Source: Oligoflexia bacterium (GTDB taxonomy: Bacteria > Bdellovibrionota > UBA1018). From it: DNA of 12,310 nucleotides. Where the stretch lies: positions 1 to 12,310 of the forward strand of contig JAYTHP010000144.1 in the NCBI GenBank assembly GCA_043732485.1. Direction: 5' to 3'. The translations under genes were made by a program, and so were the position numbers. Below the pieces are notes generated by a model. That model made no database searches, was not told the DNA's origin, and worked only from the letters and a program-made list of their open reading frames with translations. Of the stretch, positions 1 to 7,765 are shown one piece after another (the stretch's first letter is position 1; each line of letters opens with the position of its first letter).

Positions 1-681
1 CCCGATTTTGCTTGGATCCACCGCGCGGTGAAGCTGGCGCGCGCGAATGGCTGTTTAGTGATTTTTGATGAGGTGATCACGGGTTTGCGGGTGGGGCTCG
101 GCGGGATGGCACAATTCTTAGGCATTGAGCCTGATTTGGTGACTTACGGCAAGATCATTGGCGGGGGGTTCCCGGTGGGAGCCTATGGTGGTCAATCAAA
201 GTGGATGGATTGGGTGGCGCCTCTGGGACCGGTCTACCAAGCAGGCACGCTGAGTGCGAATCCAGTGGCGATGGTGGCGGGACTGACGGTCCTGAAGAAG
301 CTGATTGCTGACCCTCCTTACCAGCGGCTCGCCGACAGCACGGAAAAGCTCGCGCAAGCCATTGAGCAGCGGGTAGGGGCGGTCGTAGGCCTTGAGGCGG
401 GTGAGAAATCACTCAGCGTCCAGCGCTTTGCCTCCCTGTTTTGGATGATTTTTGGCAAGCCTACCACTCCAGACGGCGTGGTGCGCAGATCGCAAGACAT
501 TCCGGTCAGCCACAAAGCGCGTTATGCTTCGACGTTTCATGCGCTCTTGGCTGAGCAGATTTACCTGGCACCTAGCGCCTTTGAGGTCTGCTTCTTGTCG
601 GTTGCCCACCAGCCTGAGCACCTGGAGGCGTTGGTTGCGGCCTTAGAAAGAATTGAGTCTGCAGGGGGAGCCCGGACTTAA
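1..681 (+). CDS. hemL: Glutamate-1-semialdehyde 2,1-aminomutase, 5'-truncated by the window edge
   Basis: Frame is open from base 1 (PDFAWIHRAVKL...), so GTG 28 is internal. Class-III aminotransferase/HemL motifs: FDEVITGLR, PDLVTYGKIIGGGFPVGAYGG (PLP lysine), YQAGTLSANP, YLAPSAFE. Lies next to other hem genes. Confidence 0.96.
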   Translation, partial: PDFAWIHRAVKLARANGCLVIFDEVITGLRVGLGGMAQFLGIEPDLVTYGKIIGGGFPVGAYGGQSKWMDWVAPLGPVYQAGTLSANPVAMVAGLTVLKKLIADPPYQRLADSTEKLAQAIEQRVGAVVGLEAGEKSLSVQRFASLFWMIFGKPTTPDGVVRRSQDIPVSHKARYASTFHALLAEQIYLAPSAFEVCFLSVAHQPEHLEALVAALERIESAGGART

Positions 682-762
682 GGGAACCCCAGAGAGCCCC
701 AGAGGGCTTAAGACCCGAGGAGCGTGAGACCGGAAGCGTGAAAGTGGAAGCGCCCTCAGAAA

Positions 763-2175
763 GTGAGAACGATGCATCTTCAGGCGGATCGCAAATTAAG
801 GATCATTCTTATCGCTTACGCCTTGTGGTTGCTGATTGTTTGTTTGCTCGGCGGTTGGTGGGGTCGATTGGGATGGCGCCAGGCCCGACAAATTGCTGAG
901 CTTGAGAGTCGGGTTTATGAGTTACAGCTGAGCTTAGCGCAGCAGCAGCAGCAGTATGGCCAAGACGTCGGCCAAGTGGTCACAGCCGAGCGCGGCTTGG
1001 GACTCGCGGGAGCGCAGCAAAACGCGGCGCAATTTGCAGGCGAAGTGCACGACCACTGGTATCACACCAGGCGGATGTTGTTCTGGGAGTCGACGGTATT
1101 TTTTGGCCTGCTGTTGGCGTGCACAGGCGGACTGATTTGGGTGTATGGCCGCGACCTTAAGCGAGGTCAGGGATTGACGGCTTTTTTTGCCTCCGTGACC
1201 CATGAGCTGCGCACCCCGCTCACCAGTATTCGGTTGCAGGCGGAGGCGATTGCTGATCATTTACAATACCTGGTACAAGACCGGGTACAAAGCCTGACAG
1301 TCCAGCGTCCCGATGTGTTACAGGCCCAGGAAGTGCGGTTTCATGCCTTGATGGAGCGCCTGGTGCCGCGACTGCTCGAAGACACCCTGAGGCTGGAGTC
1401 GCAAGTCGAGCGCACCTTGGAGCTCGCACGTGTGGAGGGCGGGGGCTTGATCTCAAGCCAGCCGCTGCCGCTCCAGACCTGGCTTGAGCAGTTTTTAAAG
1501 AAGTGGCAGGTGCACTATGCTGGGCAAATTGAGATTGAAACCCGGGACGTGTTAGGGTCGTCTTCGTTGTCGCTTGGCGCAGAAGGGCTTGAGCAAGAAG
1601 ACGATTGGGGTGATGTGGGCGGTAGTCACAGCGGCAGGGAGGTGAGGCCCGCCCGAGTGGTGGAAGCCGATCCGATGGCGCTCCAGATCATTTTTAAGAA
1701 CATTCTAGAAAACGCCATGAAGCATGGCGGCGAACAGTTGCCTGCCAAGGTGCTGATTGCCATTGAAGATAAGCTTGAGGCAGGACGGCTGGGCGTCCAG
1801 ATCACTTTGCACCATCCCCAGCCTGCACCCTCCCACCGCTCCGACGGTTGTGAGCAGGGGTTCGTGGCTTTCAGTGAGACCAGTCACCCTCAGCCGAAAG
1901 CGGCGCGGGCGTTGGTGTTACAGCCGTGGGGTATGCTTTTTCATAAAGGACCGCACTCAAGCGGTGCGGGCGTGGGGTTGTACTTGGTCAAGGTGCTGAT
2001 GGCGCAAATGAAGGGCTGGGCAAGGTTTCAGCGGCTTGAGGCGTCCGTGGGCGGGGATTTAGATCGCACGCAGCAGGGCTTTGATGACGACCTTGTTTGC
2101 GGCTCGGAAAACGTCGCAGGGTTTCGGGTGACCTTGTGGTTTCCAGGCGGGCGGGAGTGGGCGCCCGTTTTGTGA
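763..2175 (+). CDS. Membrane sensor histidine kinase (HisKA + HATPase_c-like), G1 box degenerate
   Basis: Two hydrophobic segments (IILIAYALWLLIVCLLGGWW; VFFGLLLACTGGLIWVY), H-box FFASVTHELRTPLTSIR (His codon 1201-1203), N-box IFKNILENAMKH, G2 box GAGVGLYLV. Start could be GTG 763 or ATG 772. Confidence 0.92.
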   Translation: MRTMHLQADRKLRIILIAYALWLLIVCLLGGWWGRLGWRQARQIAELESRVYELQLSLAQQQQQYGQDVGQVVTAERGLGLAGAQQNAAQFAGEVHDHWYHTRRMLFWESTVFFGLLLACTGGLIWVYGRDLKRGQGLTAFFASVTHELRTPLTSIRLQAEAIADHLQYLVQDRVQSLTVQRPDVLQAQEVRFHALMERLVPRLLEDTLRLESQVERTLELARVEGGGLISSQPLPLQTWLEQFLKKWQVHYAGQIEIETRDVLGSSSLSLGAEGLEQEDDWGDVGGSHSGREVRPARVVEADPMALQIIFKNILENAMKHGGEQLPAKVLIAIEDKLEAGRLGVQITLHHPQPAPSHRSDGCEQGFVAFSETSHPQPKAARALVLQPWGMLFHKGPHSSGAGVGLYLVKVLMAQMKGWARFQRLEASVGGDLDRTQQGFDDDLVCGSENVAGFRVTLWFPGGREWAPVL

Positions 2176-2232
2176 CGCTGCTGCGACGGCTGAGTGGGAT
2201 GGGTCATCAAGAGGAGAAAGGAGGGTTGAGCG

Positions 2233-3042
2233 ATGTTCGCCGGGTTATCATCAGATAGGTCGTCAGATAGGTCGTCAGATAGGTCGTCAGAAGACAAGTC
2301 AGAAGTGGTCAGCGGTGTTGACAGCCAGGCCGGTCTTCCCACCCACCTGTTGCTGGTAGAGGACGAAAAAAACGTCGGCTCCACCTTAAAAGAGCGCCTC
2401 GTGGATGAAGGCTACCGGGTGACTTGGGTGACGAACATGCGGGAGGCCAAGCGTGAGCTTGCGCTCGCAGGTCAGCGGTTTGCGCTCGCTTTAGTCGATG
2501 TCGGGTTACCGGAAGGCGCGTCAGGGTTTGAGGTGGCAAAGTTGATTCGCACCCAGCAGCCTGAGGTGATTGTGGTCTTTTTAACCGCCTATGGCTCTGC
2601 AGCCTCGCGCATTCAGGGTCTGGAGCTCGGGGCTGAGGATTACATCGTGAAGCCGTTTCATTTCAAGGAGTTGCTGCTGCGGATTCGCAATCGGCTGCAA
2701 CGGCTGGAGAGTTGGAAGCGGCTGGAGCAGGCATCGGTGGCGCAAGAGCCTTGGGTCATTGGTCAGGCGCAAGTCTGGTTTTCGAAGTTTCAAGCGGAGG
2801 TCGGGGGGCGCACGGTGGCGCTGAGCCACAAAGAGGTCTTGCTCTTGCGCTTGTTAGTGGCAAAGCGTGGCTGTGGGGTCAGCCGCGATGAGATTCTTGA
2901 TTATGCCTGGTCTGAGGACGAATGCCCGACGCCTCGGACGGTGGATAATTTCATTATGCGGCTGCGACGCTTAGTCGAGCTGCAGCCTGAGGACCCGCAG
3001 GTGATTAGAAACATTCGTGGCATAGGATACCAACTCGTGTGA
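2233..3042 (+). CDS. OmpR/PhoB-family DNA-binding response regulator
   Basis: Receiver motifs LLVEDE, ALVDVGLP (phospho-acceptor Asp), FLTA, DYIVKPF. Winged-helix motifs RTVDNFIMRLRR and IRNIRGIGYQL. SD AGGAGG at 2218-2223. Confidence 0.95.
   Translation: MFAGLSSDRSSDRSSDRSSEDKSEVVSGVDSQAGLPTHLLLVEDEKNVGSTLKERLVDEGYRVTWVTNMREAKRELALAGQRFALALVDVGLPEGASGFEVAKLIRTQQPEVIVVFLTAYGSAASRIQGLELGAEDYIVKPFHFKELLLRIRNRLQRLESWKRLEQASVAQEPWVIGQAQVWFSKFQAEVGGRTVALSHKEVLLLRLLVAKRGCGVSRDEILDYAWSEDECPTPRTVDNFIMRLRRLVELQPEDPQVIRNIRGIGYQLV
2251..2291 (+). repeat. 12-bp tandem repeat (TCAGATAGGTCG)x3 plus partial copy, encoding SDRS repeats
   Basis: Exact units at 2251, 2263 and 2275, TCAGA at 2287, and another TCAGA in the same register at 2299. 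Confidence 0.95.
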
Positions 3043-4118
3043 GCAACAACAACAACACCAACCACCCTACCGACAACTTACTTCTGCAAGCTTTAGCGCG
3101 CAGGAATCTCAGTGAACGCCCCCCGGTGTGGATGATGCGGCAGGCGGGGCGCTATCACTCGCATTACCAGCAGCTGCGCCGTCAATACTCCTTTCTAGAG
3201 CTGTGCAAGCTGCCTGCGGTGGCCTGCGAGGTGACCTTAGGGCCGATTGACGACTTTCACTTTGATGCGGCCATTCTCTTTTCGGATTTGCTCTTCCCGC
3301 TTGAGGTCATGGGGATGGGCTTGAGCTATCCGCAAGGCCCGGTCTTGGGGTGGCATCTCGAGTCACGCGCCGATGTCAGTCGGCTGCAAAGTGGTTCGGA
3401 GTTAGCAAGGGAGTTGCAATTTCAAGGGGAGGCCTTGAAGCTGATTCGCGCGCGCTTGCCGCAAGAAAAAGGCTTATTAGGCTTTGTCGGGGGGCCGCTC
3501 ACTTTGTTTTGCTACGCGGTGGATGGCAGTCATCAAGGGGGCTTGCAACGCTCGCATGAGGGCCTGGCGCAAGGCTGGTTTGATGACTTTTGTGAAAAGC
3601 TCGAAAGCGTGCTCGTCGCCAATATGGTCTTACAAGCGCAAGCGGGCGCCGATGCCATCGCAGTGCTGGATACTGCGGCAGGAGATTTTACGCCAGAAGT
3701 CTACCAGGCAAGAGTGGTGCCCTGGTTAAAGCGCATCTTGATGAAGTTCCGTAGTGAAATCCCTGACTTGCCCTTGCTTTATTACTCAAAACACACCGAC
3801 TCCCGCCATTGGCAGGCGTTAGCGCAAAGCCAAGTGCCGATCCAGGCGCTGGGAGTGGATAGCGGCGTGCCGCTGGAGCAGGTGCTTGCGGAGTGGGGCG
3901 AGGTGTGGGCGATTCAAGGCAATACCGATCCGCAAGCGATGCTCTTGCCTCCGCTTGAGCTGGCAAGACGCTTGCGGCAGCAATGGTTACCGGTACAAGC
4001 GCTGCCGGCCCGGCTGCGGGCGGGTTGGATTTGTGGCCTAGGCCACGGCGTTTTGCCTGCCACCCCGGAGGGTAACGTGCACTTATTCTTGCGGATGCAA
4101 AAAGAGATGTTCTCATGA
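3039..4118 (+). CDS. hemE: Uroporphyrinogen decarboxylase
   Basis: Signature PVWMMRQAGRY, DAAILFSDLL, GFVGGPLTL, IQGNTDP, GLGHGVLP. 359 aa is typical. GTG start overlaps the regulator stop (GTGA). Confidence 0.97.
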   Translation: MSNNNNTNHPTDNLLLQALARRNLSERPPVWMMRQAGRYHSHYQQLRRQYSFLELCKLPAVACEVTLGPIDDFHFDAAILFSDLLFPLEVMGMGLSYPQGPVLGWHLESRADVSRLQSGSELARELQFQGEALKLIRARLPQEKGLLGFVGGPLTLFCYAVDGSHQGGLQRSHEGLAQGWFDDFCEKLESVLVANMVLQAQAGADAIAVLDTAAGDFTPEVYQARVVPWLKRILMKFRSEIPDLPLLYYSKHTDSRHWQALAQSQVPIQALGVDSGVPLEQVLAEWGEVWAIQGNTDPQAMLLPPLELARRLRQQWLPVQALPARLRAGWICGLGHGVLPATPEGNVHLFLRMQKEMFS

Positions 4119-5491
4119 ACGAGCTCAAGCGATTGGAATTACTCAGAAAATACAACGTCCCTGGGCCTCGGTACACGAGTTACCCGACAGTGCCCTACTG
4201 GTCGCAACCTCCGACCGTGACGCAGTGGCTAGAGAGTCTCAGGAGTAGCATGAGCAGTGATCCGCAGAAGGAAACGGCGGGAGCGTCGCTCTACATTCAC
4301 ATCCCCTTTTGCCGGGCGCTGTGCACCTATTGTGGCTGCAACACTCGCATTACCCGCAATCAAGGGATGGTGGCGCCTTATATCGCAGCCATTCACCAGG
4401 AGTTAGCGACTTACTTGCAAGCGCTCGGGCAAAGCCGGCTGGTGGTGAGTGAATTGCATCTCGGCGGCGGGACCCCGACCTTTTTGACGGCAAGCGAGCT
4501 TGCCCAGCTCATGGAAGGGGTGCTGGCGCAAGTCGAGCTACGAGACGCTGAGTTGTCGCTCGAAGCCGATCCTCGCGTGACTGATGCTGAGCAGTTGCGG
4601 GTGCTGTATCAGTTTGGTTTTAGGCGGTTGAGCTTAGGGGTGCAAGATTTTGACGAGAAGGTGCAAGAAATTGTCCACCGGGTCCAAAGCGAGGCTGAGG
4701 TAGCAGCCCTCACTGAAAGTGCTCGCTCGATTGGCTATCACAGTATTAATTACGATCTGATCTATGGTTTACCCAAACAAACCCTTCAGTCCATTGAAAC
4801 GACGCTGAAAGCGGTGCAGCGTCTGCGCCCGGATCGCATTGCTTTTTACTCTTACGCCCATGTGCCTTGGATTAAAGCCAGCCAAAGACGCTTCACTGAG
4901 GCTGACTTGCCGCAAGCAGACGAGAAGCGGAAACTCTACGAGCTAGGTCGCAGCCAGCTTGAGGCGGTGGGTTATCATGAAATCGGGATGGATCATTTTG
5001 CGCTGGAAGGAGACGCCTTGTGGACGGCGGTGAAGGAAAAAACCTTGCATCGCAACTTTATGGGTTACACCTCGAAATTTGTGGCGCCCCAGATCGGCTT
5101 AGGAGTCTCAGCCATTGGTGATGCCTGGGGGGCGTTTGCCCAGAATGAAAAGAATCTCGAGAAGTACCAAGCAAGGGTGGCGCAGGGAGAAATTCCGATT
5201 TTTCGGGGGCATCTGTTAACCCCCCAAGACCAAGTGCTGCGGACCCATATCTTGCATTTAATGACTCGGCTTGAAACCCACTGGGAGGATCCAAGCTTGC
5301 AAGATGAGTTTTTAAGCGACTTAAGCGGGAGGCTCGCTGAGATGGTGCAAGATCAGCTGGTGCAACTCACCCCCCACTCCCTGGTGATTGCGCCAGAGGG
5401 CAGGCCGTTTTTGCGTAACATTTGCATGGCCTTTGATGCCAGACTGTGGGAGCAAAAGCCATCCACGAGCCTTTTTAGTCAGACCATCTGA
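4115..5491 (+). CDS. hemN: Oxygen-independent coproporphyrinogen III oxidase (radical SAM)
   Basis: GPRYTSYP N-terminal motif, YIHIPFCRALCTYCGC (CxxxCxxC), HLGGGTPT, DLIYGLP, IGMDHF and the HemN-specific RNFMGY motif. ATGA overlap with hemE. Confidence 0.97.
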   Translation: MNELKRLELLRKYNVPGPRYTSYPTVPYWSQPPTVTQWLESLRSSMSSDPQKETAGASLYIHIPFCRALCTYCGCNTRITRNQGMVAPYIAAIHQELATYLQALGQSRLVVSELHLGGGTPTFLTASELAQLMEGVLAQVELRDAELSLEADPRVTDAEQLRVLYQFGFRRLSLGVQDFDEKVQEIVHRVQSEAEVAALTESARSIGYHSINYDLIYGLPKQTLQSIETTLKAVQRLRPDRIAFYSYAHVPWIKASQRRFTEADLPQADEKRKLYELGRSQLEAVGYHEIGMDHFALEGDALWTAVKEKTLHRNFMGYTSKFVAPQIGLGVSAIGDAWGAFAQNEKNLEKYQARVAQGEIPIFRGHLLTPQDQVLRTHILHLMTRLETHWEDPSLQDEFLSDLSGRLAEMVQDQLVQLTPHSLVIAPEGRPFLRNICMAFDARLWEQKPSTSLFSQTI

Positions 5492-5500
5492 ATAAAAAGG
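5470..5500. repeat. Inverted repeat spanning the hemN stop codon
   Basis: CCTTTTTA-G-TCAGA-cca-TCTGA-A-TAAAAAGG: 8 bp + one mismatch + 5 bp, 3-nt loop. No downstream U-tract, so not a canonical intrinsic terminator. Confidence 0.6.
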
Positions 5501-5661
5501 TGTCGGAAGAGGAAGAGGCAGAGGAGGACGACCAGAGCAAGGGGGCAGCGACCCTAGCCGCCGGCCCGGGCCCACACAGCAAAAAAAGCCCGCTCATTAT
5601 AAAAAAACTGAGCAAAAACAAATAGTTACTATCATAGGGGTGCAAAAGCGTAAAAAGTGAC

Positions 5662-5688
5662 TCAAGATCCTCGGCGTCTCACCGATGA
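5662..5688 (+). promoter_or_regulatory. Putative sigma28 (FliA) promoter of the MCP gene
   Basis: TCAA (5662-5665)-N15-ACCGATGA (5681-5688) versus consensus TAAA-N15-GCCGATAA. Correct spacing, directly upstream of a chemoreceptor gene. Confidence 0.75.
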
Positions 5689-5717
5689 AGATCCTAGCAA
5701 AAGGAAATCAAACGATT

Positions 5718-7520
5718 ATGGGTCAAAAGAAAAACTTACACACCAGGTTACTCACTTTGTTCGCATTGCTTACGGTCCTGTCCGCGCTGGCCGGCATATC
5801 AGGTTACCTAGGGCTCTCACGGGTGATTCAGCACTATTCGCAAATCACCGACAATAATCTGCCGCATGTGAAGATTGCCGGCGAGATGTTTCGCAGGTTT
5901 CGTCAGGTGCGTATCAGTATGATGACGCTTGGTCTGCCAGGACTTAACCAAGCCGAGGGGAAAAAGGCGTTAGACGAGCTCAAGAAGTACGAGGCTCTCT
6001 ATGACGAAGCAGGTGATCAGTATCTGAGTTATCAATTTAAGCCCGGAGTGGTTTTTGCTCCTAGTGAAAAGAAAGCTTTTGAAGCTGCCGCAGAGCAGTG
6101 GGTGCGGTTTCGGGCTGTAGCCGATCAAGCGGCAGCACTCTACCTGTCCGGAGAAGAGGCTAACTTGCGGAAGATTGCCTCTTTGTGCTTGAACGAGGGC
6201 GAGGAAGCCTCCAAGGCCTACAACGAGGCGATGAACAAGCTGATCGACTTCAATGATCGTGCCGCCCAAGCCTCCGTGGCTGAGGCGGAGATGAGTTCAA
6301 AGTTTGTCAATCTCTTGGATCTGGTTTTGATCGTGGTGGGTTCGATCGTCACAATGGCTGTGGGCCATTTTTTTGCCAAAGGCCTCACGGAATCGGTACG
6401 CGGCATCACCCAAGACCTGTCGCAAGGAGCCGAAATCGTCGACTCAGCAGCGCAGCGAATTACCGCTGCAAGTCAGGATCTCTCCTCCAGTGAGACTGAG
6501 CAGGCGGCGGCCTTGCAGCAGACAGTGGCCTCGCTTGCTGAAGTGAGCGCCATGGTCGATAAGAACGCTGAAAACGCTAGACGCTCGCAAAAAGGCTCAA
6601 AAGAAAGCCAGGAAGCAGCCCAGCGTGGCAATCAAGTCGTCGGCGAGATGATTCGCTCGATTCAAGAAATTAGCGACAGCAACGATAAGATCATGCAGCA
6701 AGTTGAGGCCAGTAATCATGAGTTTTCGCAAATCGTCAAGGTAATCGCCGAGATTAGCGAGAAAACCAAAGTGATTAACGACATTGTTTTTCAAACTAAG
6801 TTGCTTTCCTTTAACGCTTCGGTGGAAGCGGCCCGCGCAGGCGAGCACGGCAAAGGGTTTGCAGTGGTGGCAGAAGAGGTCGGGAATTTAGCACAAATGA
6901 GTGGTTCTGCTGCTAAGGAGATCTCGCAGCTTCTAGAAAGTAGTATACAGAAAGTAGAAAGCACCGTGAATCAGACTAAGTCAAAAGTCGAGGGTCTGAT
7001 CCGGGTGGGCAAAGAAAAGGTTGATTCCGGCTCCACCACCGCCAAGCGCTGCGGAACAGTGCTTGAGGAGATTCTACAAAACGTCACCTCGGTCGGCGAA
7101 ATGTTGGCTGAAATCACCGTGGCTTGTAACGAGCAGGCGACAGGGGTGTCAGAAATCAATAAAGCCATGAACCAGATGGATCATGTGACGCAAAAAAACG
7201 CCGCAGCTTCACAACAAGCCACTGCAACCGTCACCTCGCTCAGCGAAGAAGCCAAGCTACTCAGGGGCTCCGTTCACAAGCTGTTCGATTTAGTGGAAGG
7301 TGATGCGATCCGTGCTCACTCCTCACTGGCGGCGAATGCCCATCCACAAGCGACCGTTGACGCTCGTGCTGCCCGAGTGATCGATTTTGCCGCCCACCGT
7401 GACGCCAAGAGCGCTCACCGGGAGCCTGCCCCTCATGAGCATCTGGCTGCTCCACTCAAACAAGCAGTAGGAGGCTATCGCACGCCCTCAGGCGATGATC
7501 CTCGGTTTGAAGATATCTAG
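5718..7520 (+). CDS. Methyl-accepting chemotaxis protein (periplasmic four-helix-bundle-like sensor, no evident HAMP)
   Basis: Two TM segments flank a helical periplasmic domain. Signalling tip [43 protein letters not shown], methylation-type helices ([16 protein letters not shown]). Start placed at ATG 5718 (AAGGA at 5701-5705) because ATG 5685 lies inside the sigma28 -10 element. Confidence 0.95.
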   Translation: MGQKKNLHTRLLTLFALLTVLSALAGISGYLGLSRVIQHYSQITDNNLPHVKIAGEMFRRFRQVRISMMTLGLPGLNQAEGKKALDELKKYEALYDEAGDQYLSYQFKPGVVFAPSEKKAFEAAAEQWVRFRAVADQAAALYLSGEEANLRKIASLCLNEGEEASKAYNEAMNKLIDFNDRAAQASVAEAEMSSKFVNLLDLVLIVVGSIVTMAVGHFFAKGLTESVRGITQDLSQGAEIVDSAAQRITAASQDLSSSETEQAAALQQTVASLAEVSAMVDKNAENARRSQKGSKESQEAAQRGNQVVGEMIRSIQEISDSNDKIMQQVEASNHEFSQIVKVIAEISEKTKVINDIVFQTKLLSFNASVEAARAGEHGKGFAVVAEEVGNLAQMSGSAAKEISQLLESSIQKVESTVNQTKSKVEGLIRVGKEKVDSGSTTAKRCGTVLEEILQNVTSVGEMLAEITVACNEQATGVSEINKAMNQMDHVTQKNAAASQQATATVTSLSEEAKLLRGSVHKLFDLVEGDAIRAHSSLAANAHPQATVDARAARVIDFAAHRDAKSAHREPAPHEHLAAPLKQAVGGYRTPSGDDPRFEDI

Positions 7521-7587
7521 GAGAGCGCGGTCTCAAGACGCTTACTTCGAGTAGGGTGATTTCTGGTATGCGGTTGGGCGCGGCAGT

Positions 7588-7680
7588 GAAAAGAAAAAAA
7601 AGAGAAATCCCCCACTAAAGGCGGACGGTGAGAGAGACGGGTGACTTGTCCTCGTCTCCTTTCGATGGGACTTTTTTTTC
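7588..7680. terminator. Long imperfect hairpin flanked by A8 and T8 tracts; possible bidirectional terminator
   Basis: GAAAAAAAAG (7593-7602) is the exact reverse complement of CTTTTTTTTC (7671-7680). Nested pairs TCCC/GGGA, AAAGG/CCTTT and GAGACG/CGTCTC. Lies about 70 nt after the MCP stop. Confidence 0.6.
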
Positions 7681-7730
7681 ATGTTTTTAACGAATTTACA
7701 CAAGACTTTACGAGAGATAAGTCGTAATCC
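7590..7730 (-). ncRNA. Candidate small RNA (~140 nt), unknown family
   Basis: Bounded by a near-consensus sigma70 promoter (7737-7765, minus) and a hairpin plus U-tract. Has a 5' stem UUACGA/UCGUAA and an AU-rich linker. Inferred only; no family recognised. Confidence 0.5.
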
Positions 7731-7736
7731 AATCGT

Positions 7737-7765
7737 ATTTTAAATAAAATCAGGGTGATTGTCAA
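7737..7765 (-). promoter_or_regulatory. Putative sigma70 promoter, leftward
   Basis: Minus strand reads TTGACA (7765-7760), exactly 17 nt, then TAAAAT (7742-7737): 6/6 and 5/6 matches to consensus. Confidence 0.7.

Noticed and set aside
2251..2303. CRISPR-like repeat array
   Set aside because: Units are 12 bp, contiguous, without spacers and in frame within a CDS; no cas genes present.
155..7455. Short antisense and alternative-frame ORFs within the hem operon and MCP gene
   Set aside because: Shadow ORFs of well-supported genes, with no independent evidence.
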